Source: Armatimonadota bacterium (lineage in GTDB: Bacteria; Armatimonadota; SYMT01). Taken from it: a stretch of 25,496 nt of DNA. The translations under genes were made by a program, and so were the position numbers. Below are positions 1-7,726 of this stretch, one piece after another (position 1 is the first letter of the stretch; each line of letters opens with the position of its first letter). The notes under the pieces were generated by a model. It made no database searches. It worked only from the letters and a program-made list of their open reading frames with translations, and was not told where the DNA came from. The stretch is taken from contig JBKBRF010000070.1 of NCBI GenBank assembly GCA_046292385.1, positions 1 through 25,496 on the forward strand, written 5' to 3'.

Positions 1-21
1 ATTCCGGCTGTAAAGCGAGTA

Positions 22-174
22 CCCGCCCTGCAGCCGGCAAAACATACTCTGCGCCCCGGGGCGCACCAACTTTACAGCGTGTGACACTTGCCACCGCTTC
101 CCCGCTAGGGGAATCTCGCCGGAGTGCTCGATAGCCGGTAATCCTCCTGCCCCGCTGATCTCGCCAACAGTATC
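22..174. repeat. Left copy of a long inverted repeat matching 25344..25496
   Basis: Manual alignment to the reverse complement of the window end: 22..105 identical, 7 mismatches in 153 bp overall (106, 131-133, 143, 153, 160). Contains a perfect 16-bp palindrome TGCGCCCCGGGGCGCA (50..65). Confidence 0.97.
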
Positions 175-285
175 TGGCGAGGGGAGGGCAGACGGTGGAG
201 CCTCGGGGAGATGATGGTCCCGCTCGGCGCTCGACGACAGCGGGTTCGGTGGCGGCTTTGTCGCGCGCTATGGGTAAAGTCCGAT

Positions 286-996
286 ATGCTCGCACGCCGC
301 AACCGACCGGAGGCGATGGACGCGCCGGACCTCGACCCGCACCTGCTGGCCGACGATCTGGCGAACCTGGAGACGCTGAACCGCCTCTTCGGCGGGCGCA
401 ACGTGGTGCGCCGGGCCCTCGACCGCCTGCTGCCGGAACATCCGCCGGGGGAGCCGCTCTCCGCGCTCGACCTCGGCTCCGGGGCGGGAGACCTCTGCCG
501 GGTGCTGGTGGACGAGTGCCGGCGGCGGGGGCAGGCGGTGACGGTCTGGTCGCTCGACTTCCACCCGCAGATCCAGGCCTATGCCCGGGAGCAGGTGCGG
601 CGCGACTACCCGGAGATCCGGTTCCTGCGGGCCGACGCGCGCCAGGTGCCGCTGCGGGCGGAGTCGGTCGACCTGGCGCTCTGCACCCTCGCCCTGCACC
701 ACTTCACGGAGGAGGACGCCGTTGCGGTACTCCGCGAGATGCAGCGGGTGACGCGGCGCTGGGCGCTGGTGAGCGACCTCTGCCGCAGCGCGCCGGCCTA
801 CGCGGGGGTGTGGCTGGCGACCCGTTTCATGCGGAACCCGATGACGCGGCACGACGGTCCGGTGAGCGTGCGCCGCGCCTTCAGCCCCGCGGAGCTGCAG
901 ACGCTGGCGTCGAGCGCCGGGTGGGAGAATGCCGAGCTCCGAAAGGAGCCATGGTTCCGGATGTCGCTCCTCTACCGGAAACCGAGGCCATGGTAG
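286..996 (+). CDS. Class I SAM-dependent methyltransferase
   Basis: Motif I LDLGSGAGD, acidic SLDFH, ADA, and LALHHF. Start ATG286 (MLARRNRPEAMD) preferred over 211 because it gives the family-like RR...E.MD N-terminus. Stop overlaps the next start (ATGGTAG). Confidence 0.88.
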   Translation: MLARRNRPEAMDAPDLDPHLLADDLANLETLNRLFGGRNVVRRALDRLLPEHPPGEPLSALDLGSGAGDLCRVLVDECRRRGQAVTVWSLDFHPQIQAYAREQVRRDYPEIRFLRADARQVPLRAESVDLALCTLALHHFTEEDAVAVLREMQRVTRRWALVSDLCRSAPAYAGVWLATRFMRNPMTRHDGPVSVRRAFSPAELQTLASSAGWENAELRKEPWFRMSLLYRKPRPW

Positions 997-2171
997 ACGT
1001 GCTGGTGATCGGCGCCGGCCCCGCGGGGAGCGCGGCGGCGCTGCGGCTGGCGCGCGCCGGGCTGCGCGTCGTGATCGTGGAGCGCAGCCGCTTCCCGCGG
1101 ATCAAGCCGTGCGGGGAGTACTACAACCCGGAGTGCCGCCGCCTGCTGGAAGAGCTGGGAGTCATGGCGGAGCTGGAGCCGGCGGCGGTACCGATCCGCG
1201 CCCTATCGCTGCGCACTCCCGGCGGCCGGGAGCTGGCGGTGCCGTTCTGCGAGGTGACGGATCGCGGGCTCGCCTTCACGATAGGCCGTGAGGAGCTGGA
1301 CAACTGCCTCGCGACGGCCGCCATCGCAGCAGGAGCGGATCTCTGGGAGGAGGCGACCGTCCTGGAACCACTCGTCGAGCGCGGGCAGGTGGCCGGAGCG
1401 CGCGTGCGGAGGAACGGGAGCGTGGAGGAGGTCCGCGCTCGGCTGACGCTGGCGGCGGACGGCCTCCGCAGCCGGTTCGCGCGCTGCCTCGGGGTGGGGA
1501 CGGACGACCCTCGCCGCCGCAAGCTGGGGCTCACGGCACGCTACGAGCTGGCGCCGGACACCCCGCAGCGGGTGGAGATGCACGCGGGCGGGGAGGGGTG
1601 CTGCGGCCTGGTGGCGCGGCACGGCACCGCAAACCTCGGGATGGTGGTCGACCTCTCCCGCGCACGCGAAGTCGGAGGCGACCCGGCGCGGTTCTTCCAC
1701 CAGGAGCTGCAGCGCTATCCGGAGCTGCGCGCCTGCGTCCGCGGCGAGCCGCTCTCCGTGAAGACGGTTGGTCCACTCACCTGGCACACCCGGCGTCAGC
1801 TCGCCCCCGGCTGCCTGCTGCTGGGAGACGCCGCCGGGTTCTACGACCCGTTCACCGGACAGGGGGTCACCTTCGCGCTGCAGACTGCCGCCCTCGCCGC
1901 GGAGGTGGCGCTCCCCGCGCTGGAGGCGGGCGATCTTTCCGAGGATCGCCTAGCGGAGTACTCCCGCCGCCGCGCCGCGCTGCTTCACCCGAAGCTCCGC
2001 GTCCAGCAGGCGATTCAGGGCGTTCTCTCCCACGCGCCGCTGCGGGACCGCGTGCTCGACCGGCTCCGCCGCCGGCCGGAGACGGCGCGGACGCTGGTCG
2101 GCGTAGTGGCGGACGTGCTCCCCGCCTCCCGCGCCTTCGCGCCGCCGTTCCTCGCGCGGCTCCTCTTCTAA
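990..2171 (+). CDS. FAD-dependent oxidoreductase (geranylgeranyl reductase / flavoprotein hydroxylase-like)
   Basis: N-terminal Rossmann motif DVLVIGAGPAG, KPCGE, ADGLRS and GDAAGFYDPFTGQG. True start is ATG990, coupled to the methyltransferase stop. Confidence 0.9.
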   Translation: MVDVLVIGAGPAGSAAALRLARAGLRVVIVERSRFPRIKPCGEYYNPECRRLLEELGVMAELEPAAVPIRALSLRTPGGRELAVPFCEVTDRGLAFTIGREELDNCLATAAIAAGADLWEEATVLEPLVERGQVAGARVRRNGSVEEVRARLTLAADGLRSRFARCLGVGTDDPRRRKLGLTARYELAPDTPQRVEMHAGGEGCCGLVARHGTANLGMVVDLSRAREVGGDPARFFHQELQRYPELRACVRGEPLSVKTVGPLTWHTRRQLAPGCLLLGDAAGFYDPFTGQGVTFALQTAALAAEVALPALEAGDLSEDRLAEYSRRRAALLHPKLRVQQAIQGVLSHAPLRDRVLDRLRRRPETARTLVGVVADVLPASRAFAPPFLARLLF

Positions 2172-2256
2172 GGCTGGTGCGCCGAAGGAAGGTTGAAGCC
2201 TCTCGGTCGGTGGCTATACCAGGGATGCCGCCGCCCCGACCGTACTGCTTCCTCCG

Positions 2257-2718
2257 ATGCGCGAGTGCTCCAACCAGATCCTGATCCGCGGCACCGCCGA
2301 CGAGATCATCCGCCTGGCGTTCGACCTGCCCCGCTGGCCCTCGTTCCTGCCGCACTACCGGTGGGTGACGGTGCTGGAGCGAGAGGGGGACCGCCAGACG
2401 GTGGAGATGGCCTGCTGGCGCACCGGCATTCCGCTCAAGTGGCGGTCGCACCTCTGGGTGCGGCCGGAAGCGCGGCGCATGCGGTTCCGGCACATCGGCG
2501 GGCCGGCGCGCGGGATGGACGTGGAGTGGATCCTCGACGACACCCCGGAGGGAGTGCGCGTGACGATCCGGCACGACCTGGCGCTGGAAGTGCCGGTGGT
2601 CCGCACCGCCCTGGGCCGCTGGGTGGTGGGGGAAGTCTTCGTGGCGGCGGTGGCAGGGCGAACTCTCGCCTGCCTGAAAGCGGCGGTCGAGGCGGGGAGA
2701 GAGGCGGAGACGACATGA
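2257..2718 (+). CDS. SRPBCC/START-fold polyketide cyclase/aromatase-like protein
   Basis: 153 aa with DLPRWPSFLPHYRWVTVLE, MRFRHIGG, GMDVEW and a C-terminal helix (TLACLKAAVE), typical of the polyketide cyclase fold. ATGA overlap with the ketosynthase gene. Confidence 0.82.
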   Translation: MRECSNQILIRGTADEIIRLAFDLPRWPSFLPHYRWVTVLEREGDRQTVEMACWRTGIPLKWRSHLWVRPEARRMRFRHIGGPARGMDVEWILDDTPEGVRVTIRHDLALEVPVVRTALGRWVVGEVFVAAVAGRTLACLKAAVEAGREAETT

Positions 2719-3968
2719 GCGCAGCGAACGGAGCCCGGCGGAAGGTCGTGATCACCGGCATGGGGCTGATCACCCCGATCGGCACCGGCCGGGAAGAGTT
2801 CCAGCGCGGGCTCCTGGCGATGCGTCCCGGAATCCGCCCGATCACGCGGTTCGATACGCGGGAGTTTCGCTGCCGGGTGGCGGGCGAGATCCCGGACTTC
2901 GAGCCGACCGACTATCTCGACCGGAAGCGCGCGCGCCGCCTCGACCGCTACTCCCAGCTCGCCATCAGCGCGGCCCGGCTGGCGATGGAGGACGCGCGGC
3001 TCGATCCCGGCGATACCGACCCGGAGCGGACCGGCGTCTGCGTCGGCTCCGCGCTGGGGGGAGTCGGCTTCGGGGAAGAGAACCACGCCGCCTACTTGCA
3101 GGGCGGGTGGCGTGCGGTCCACCCGATGCTGGCGCTCTCCGTCTTCGTCGGCGCCGGCTCCTGCAACATCGCCATCGAGCTCGGCTTCACCGGTCCCGCT
3201 ACCGCCAACGGCGATAGCTGCAGCGCGGGCGCCATCGCGCTCTCCAACGCGCTGCGCTACATCCAACTCGGCCAGGCCGACCGCATGCTCGCCGGGGGCG
3301 TGGAGGCGCCGCTCTCGCCAGTCTGCTACGGCGCGTTCGACATCATCCAGGCGATGAGCAAGCAGCTCGACCCGCCGGAGCGCGCCTGCCGCCCGTTCGA
3401 CCGCTCCCGCGACGGCTTCGTGATGGGGGAGGGGGCGGCGATCCTGCTGCTGGAGGCGGAAGACGCGGCCCGCGCGCGCGGCGCGACGATCTACGCCGAG
3501 CTGGCCGGCTCCGCGCTAACGAACGACGCCTACCACATGACCGCGCCGCGGCCGGACGGCCGGAGCGCCCTCCGCTGCATGGAGCTCGCCCTGCGCGACG
3601 CGGGGGTGACCCCGGAGGAGGTCGACGCCGTCAACGCCCACGGCAGCGGCACTCCCCTGAACGACAAGACCGAGACCGCCGCCCTCAAGCAGCTCCTGGG
3701 AGAGCGCGCCGCGCGCGTGCCGGTCAGCGGGACGAAGTCGCTCACCGCCCATGCCCTGGGGGCCAGCGGCGCGATCGAGGCGTGCATCTCCGCCCTCTCC
3801 ATTCACGAGGGGTTCGTGCCCGCCACCGCCAACCTCTCCGACCCCGACCCCGACTGCGACCTCGACTACGTGACCGAAGGCCCCCGCCGCCAGCCCGTGC
3901 GGACGGTCCTCTCCAACAGCTTCGGCTTCGGCGGGATCAACACCGCGCTGGTGTTCCGCGCGGCGTGA
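2715..3968 (+). CDS. Beta-ketoacyl synthase (FabF / type II PKS KS-alpha-like)
   Basis: VVITGMG start, catalytic Cys in GDSCSAG, RPFD..RDGFVMGEG, His in NAHGSGT, His in TAHALGA, C-terminal SNSFGFGG. Start ATG2715 overlaps the upstream stop. Confidence 0.93.
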   Translation: MSAANGARRKVVITGMGLITPIGTGREEFQRGLLAMRPGIRPITRFDTREFRCRVAGEIPDFEPTDYLDRKRARRLDRYSQLAISAARLAMEDARLDPGDTDPERTGVCVGSALGGVGFGEENHAAYLQGGWRAVHPMLALSVFVGAGSCNIAIELGFTGPATANGDSCSAGAIALSNALRYIQLGQADRMLAGGVEAPLSPVCYGAFDIIQAMSKQLDPPERACRPFDRSRDGFVMGEGAAILLLEAEDAARARGATIYAELAGSALTNDAYHMTAPRPDGRSALRCMELALRDAGVTPEEVDAVNAHGSGTPLNDKTETAALKQLLGERAARVPVSGTKSLTAHALGASGAIEACISALSIHEGFVPATANLSDPDPDCDLDYVTEGPRRQPVRTVLSNSFGFGGINTALVFRAA

Positions 3969-4087
3969 TGCTGCCTCTGCTGCAAGATCGGGGCTCACGG
4001 CCCGAGTCTCGACGGAGAGGGACTGCCTTTTGACCGGGCGGGTGCCCCGGATGAGAGTTTACAAATCAGTCAGGTGATAGCCACCGG

Positions 4088-4207
4088 GCGGTTGAAACCG
4101 CAGCAACCACGGCACGAAGTCCGCCTTCGCGGACTGAGAAGGCCCGGTTTCGGCGTCCGGAGGACGCGTGGCCGCAGGCCGTCCAGCGAGGTATTTCAAT
4201 GCCTCGC
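4088..4207. repeat. Cluster of REP-like hairpins
   Basis: GCGGTTGAAACCGC (4088..4101), AGTCCGC-CTTC-GCGGACT (4118..4135), GCGTCC-GGA-GGACGC (~4153..4167) and GCGAGGTATTTCAATGCCTCGC (4186..4207), in the gap between convergent genes. Confidence 0.65.
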
Positions 4208-4407
4208 GACCCCACGGATGCTCCGCCTGGCCACCCAGTAATCTATTAAACATTCATAAGGAGCACCCTGTCTGTTTGGCAAGCTGGCTCAAGCCGGCCG
4301 TACTCACCAAAGGCCCTGCGTCTTCGCAGGGCGCTTCAGCGTCCCTCCCGAGCAGCATCAGGCGGGTCGTTCACGGCCCGCTGCGGCCACGATCCACCCC
4401 AGAGCAC

Positions 4408-4449
4408 GAGAGCGGGAGCCGGTCCTGATTCGACCGTGCTCCCGCTCTC
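4408..4449 (-). terminator. Strong stem-loop just downstream of the minus-strand surface protein gene
   Basis: GAGAGCGGGAGC/GCTCCCGCTCTC 12-bp stem extended by CGGTC/GACCG, 20 nt past the stop at 4469. No clear U-tract. A second hairpin GCCCTGCG-TCTT-CGCAGGGC lies at 4313..4332. Confidence 0.45.
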
Positions 4450-4468
4450 GGTTCCGCCTCTGCGGCGG

Positions 4469-6928
4469 TTACCGTGTGCGGATCTGCACCTCGGCGGGGT
4501 CGGACCGGGTGCCGGCGGCGTCGACGGTGACCGCGCGGATCGTGAGGTCCGGGGTCTTGACACCGAGCGGCAGGCGGACGTCGAGCGGCTCGGTGGTCCA
4601 GCGGCCGTCGCGGTCGGCAGTCACCTCCTGCGTGCCGAGGGAGCCGTCCACCGGCAGAGCGCCGAACGCGCGGCCGGAGTAGGTGACCTCGACGACCACC
4701 TTCGCGCCGGGCGCGGCGTTCCCCTGGATCACCAGCTCGTTGCCGAGGCGGAAGCGTCGGCGGGGAGAGGTGATCTCCGGCGTCTCCGGCCCGCGGGTCA
4801 CGATGTTCACCGGCGCCGTCGCCTCCCCGCGCTGCTGGTTGCCGTCCGGAGTGGTGAACTGCACTACGATCGGCGCCTTCTCCACCTGGTCGCCCTGCTT
4901 GACGGTGTACTTGCCGACGTAGACCCCCGGCGTCGACTCCGTCATGCGGACGCCGGTGGCGAGCTCGCCGATGCTGAACGTCGCGCGGCCCTTCGCCACG
5001 CCGCGAGCGGTCACCGTCACCACGTCGCCGGCACGGAGGGCCGTCTCGGCGTCGTGGGTGACCGACTTCAACCCTTCCGGCGCGGGCAGCACGTTGAAGG
5101 TCCAGGTGATCTGGTTCTCGTTCCCCGCCATGTCCTTCACGGAGACCGCCACCGGCACCGGGCCGGGCGTCAGCAGCGTCTTCGGCGTGTAGAGCAGGAA
5201 GCGGGGCGTGATCTTCACGTCCTCGGTCACGTCTTTGCCGCGGACCGTCATCCGGACCGAGCGCTCGTCGATCCCGGCGCCGGCGGCGTCACTCAGCTCC
5301 AGGTAGATGTCCGGCTGCTGGTTGCGCGTCTCGGCCTGGCTCGCCGGCGCGGGCGCGGTGAGCGCCGGCGGCTCGGAATCGACCGTCAGCGCCTCCGCCG
5401 CCTGGATCAGCGGCGCGATCCGGTTACCCTGCCGGAGCTGCCCGATGACGTTGACGTCCTTCGCCGTGATGTTGGCGGGAACCGTCACGGTGCCGGTGTA
5501 GCGGCCCGGGCGCTGCGGATCTTCGCGGAGGGTTACCACCTTCCCGAGAGGGCCGACCTCCGCTGTGGCGGTGGCTTTCGGCGTTCCGACGAGTGTGAGG
5601 GTCAGCTCCTCGCCGCGGCGGAGCGTGCCGCCGCGCGCGCTGTGGGTGAAAGAGGTGATGCGGAGGTCCCGCGAGACGACCGGGAGGTCGTCCGGGGTGT
5701 CGACCGCAGCCACGGCGTCGACCACTTCCGCCACGGTGCCGCGCTGGTTGACGCGGATCGTCACCTTATCCCCCGGCTCCAGCTCCTCCGCGGTGGAGCG
5801 GACTGCCCGCTCCTGTCCCTGCGCGCGGAAGACGACCGTGTCCGCGGAGAGCTCGTAGGTGGAGCGGTTGTCGCCGCTCTTCACGGTAATCGTGGGACGG
5901 CGGCCATCCGGCTGCACCGCCACTACCTCACCGGCCACGCGACCGTTCACCACCGGGATCTCGGCCGTGCCGCGGGCGGTCGCTTCGACGGAGCGCACCA
6001 CGCGCCCCGCCGCGTCGGTGGAGATCCGCACGCGGTCGCCCACCTCCAGGTCCTGAAATTCGGAGCGGAAGGCGCGGCCGCCGCCCTGGGCACGCGTGAT
6101 AATCGCGTTGGCGGGAACTTCGTAAGCAACGCGGCCGGTCGCCGTGCGGAGGGTGAGGCGGCTAACCCCGCCGCGCGTCTCCACCCCGATCACCTCGCCT
6201 TCGATCGGGCCTTCCGCCGCCGGCGGGTGGTCGTCCGGGCGGGCGGCGACCTGGGCCTCGAGGAGATCGATCGCGCGGCCGTCCTGCGTCACTCGGAGGC
6301 GGACCGGGTCGCCCACCTGAAGCTCACCCAGCTCCACCCGCTGCGCCCGCTCACCGGCGGCGCCGCGGAGCACTACCGCGTCCCGGGGGACCTCGTAAGT
6401 CCGGCGGAGGCCTTCGGAGCGGATCGTGACGGTGGGCGGGTCCGCATTCGGGCGGATCGCGACTACTTCGCCATCGAGCAGACGCGGGTCGGCGGGCGCG
6501 CCGTCGTCCTCACTGTGGATCACCACCTGTTGGGCGGCCGCATTCCACTCCACCTCGGCGCCCAGCGCCTCGGCGACGAAGCGCAGCGGCACCATCGTGG
6601 TGCCCTGAACGAGCTGCGCCGGCACGTCGAGCATTACCGGGCTGCCGTTGACGGTCGCGCCGCGGGAGTCGATCTGCAGCGTGAACTCGAGCCGGCCTTT
6701 GGAGCCGCGGACGGTCCGCGTCGCCGGCTCCCACTTCACGTCGGCGCCGAGCGACTCCACCACCGCGCGCAGCGGGATGAGCACCCGCCCGGAGACCCGG
6801 GCGGGGGCGACGGCGCCGAACTGGACCGGCGTCCCATTGACGGTGACGCCGATCTGCGCCGCAGCGGGCAGGGAGGAGACCGCCAGCAAGACGGTCGCCG
6901 AAAGAGCTATTCTGTAAGATGCGCGCAT
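4469..6928 (-). CDS. Secreted multidomain protein: copper amine oxidase N-terminal (stalk) domain, three OB-like repeats, Ig-like beta-sandwich domains
   Basis: Signal peptide MRASYRIALSATVLLAVSSLPAAAQ. Two stalk-domain motifs (GRVLIPLRAVVESLGADVKW and GTTMVPLRFVAEALGAEVEW). Three GEV...YE(V/L)...L..GD.V repeats. Beta-rich C-terminal half. Confidence 0.85.
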   Translation of the reverse strand: MRASYRIALSATVLLAVSSLPAAAQIGVTVNGTPVQFGAVAPARVSGRVLIPLRAVVESLGADVKWEPATRTVRGSKGRLEFTLQIDSRGATVNGSPVMLDVPAQLVQGTTMVPLRFVAEALGAEVEWNAAAQQVVIHSEDDGAPADPRLLDGEVVAIRPNADPPTVTIRSEGLRRTYEVPRDAVVLRGAAGERAQRVELGELQVGDPVRLRVTQDGRAIDLLEAQVAARPDDHPPAAEGPIEGEVIGVETRGGVSRLTLRTATGRVAYEVPANAIITRAQGGGRAFRSEFQDLEVGDRVRISTDAAGRVVRSVEATARGTAEIPVVNGRVAGEVVAVQPDGRRPTITVKSGDNRSTYELSADTVVFRAQGQERAVRSTAEELEPGDKVTIRVNQRGTVAEVVDAVAAVDTPDDLPVVSRDLRITSFTHSARGGTLRRGEELTLTLVGTPKATATAEVGPLGKVVTLREDPQRPGRYTGTVTVPANITAKDVNVIGQLRQGNRIAPLIQAAEALTVDSEPPALTAPAPASQAETRNQQPDIYLELSDAAGAGIDERSVRMTVRGKDVTEDVKITPRFLLYTPKTLLTPGPVPVAVSVKDMAGNENQITWTFNVLPAPEGLKSVTHDAETALRAGDVVTVTARGVAKGRATFSIGELATGVRMTESTPGVYVGKYTVKQGDQVEKAPIVVQFTTPDGNQQRGEATAPVNIVTRGPETPEITSPRRRFRLGNELVIQGNAAPGAKVVVEVTYSGRAFGALPVDGSLGTQEVTADRDGRWTTEPLDVRLPLGVKTPDLTIRAVTVDAAGTRSDPAEVQIRTR

Positions 6929-7146
6929 GGCCAAAATCTTCTTCCAGGAGCGGTACGCCGCAAGCGATCGGCCTGCGGCGGTGGGCCGACTCCACATGGA
7001 GGGGAACGTATCACCTTACCCCCGGCGGGGAGGCAACCAAACGGTGGATGTGATGCCGGTCACCCCGGGCGGTGGGACAGCGGCACGATGCCGCGGCCGG
7101 AGGAGAGACCCGGGTGCCCCGCGCTGCGTTCCCTGCCGCGCGGGCT

Positions 7147-7175
7147 TTGACGGGAGTCGGGGCTCATGCTACAGT
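7147..7175 (+). promoter_or_regulatory. Sigma70-type promoter for the leader ORF and metal uptake operon
   Basis: TTGACG (7147..7152), 17-bp spacer, TACAGT (7170..7175) with an extended -10 TG at 7167..7168, 46 nt upstream of ATG7222. Confidence 0.7.
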
Positions 7176-7221
7176 ATTGCGTTAGGTACCGCCGCTGAGT
7201 GCGGCACCCACCTCGGTCCCA

Positions 7222-7584
7222 ATGAGCGGTCTCCTGCTGAAGACACTCGGCGCCGCGCGCCGATACAGCCCGGTGCTCCTCACGCTCTACCTGGCGGTGC
7301 TCGTCCTCGCCTGGGGCCATACCTGCGCGTCGGCCGATGCGCACAAGCGGGCGCACTGCCTGGCCGCGGGAGCCGGAATCTCCCAGCCTCACGACTCTGC
7401 GGCACCGGCCGGACACGACTGTCCGGCCTGTAACTGGCAGCGGTCGGCGAGCGCGGGCGTGCTGTCGTTACGGGTGAGCTTCACCGCCCCCGCCGCGCAC
7501 GCCGCCCGGCTCACCCCGTTTTCGCCCTTCCTGCGCTCCCGCGCTCCCGCCGTCACCGCCTCGCGCGGACCGCCTCACTCCTGA
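7222..7584 (+). CDS. DUF2946-like small membrane protein; putative metal-sensing ribosome arrest leader peptide
   Basis: Hydrophobic segment (aa 18-31), several His/Cys residues, HDCPAC (CxxC at 67-70), Pro/Ala-rich tail and RGPP at aa 115-118 two codons before the stop. Sits directly upstream of metal uptake genes. Confidence 0.8.
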   Translation: MSGLLLKTLGAARRYSPVLLTLYLAVLVLAWGHTCASADAHKRAHCLAAGAGISQPHDSAAPAGHDCPACNWQRSASAGVLSLRVSFTAPAAHAARLTPFSPFLRSRAPAVTASRGPPHS

Positions 7585-7726
7585 TCCCCCGCCGCCTGCT
7601 TACGCCCGTCACGACGTGTCACGCGCTGTGACCGCTCGCGTTGGGCCGCCTCGCGCCGTCTCCCGAGCGGCGCCGCCATTCCGCGCTTTCGCGCGATGTT
7701 TGTGCGCATTGGATCTGGAGTGACTG

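Noticed and set aside
195..989. N-terminal 265 aa of the 658-aa ORF, as a possible fusion or frameshift
   Set aside because: It is an off-frame read of the methyltransferase gene. The Rossmann motif starts right at ATG990.
2193..2714. N-terminal extension of the ketosynthase ORF
   Set aside because: Overlaps the SRPBCC gene in another frame and has Arg/Pro/Gly-rich composition. The ATGA coupling marks 2715 as the start.
4059..4428. Short ORFs 4059..4253 and 4168..4428
   Set aside because: They translate REP hairpins, lack good starts and have atypical codon usage.
4436..7150. 904-aa plus-strand ORF, and similar long antisense ORFs (13908..16322, 17164..18918, 22721..25042, 8009..9208)
   Set aside because: Shadow ORFs opposite real genes, expected at high GC3, with no recognisable motifs.
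7166..7182. Fur/Zur-like operator overlapping the -10 box (TGCTACAGTATTGCG)
   Set aside because: Only 4 of 7 positions are symmetric, too weak to call without comparative data.
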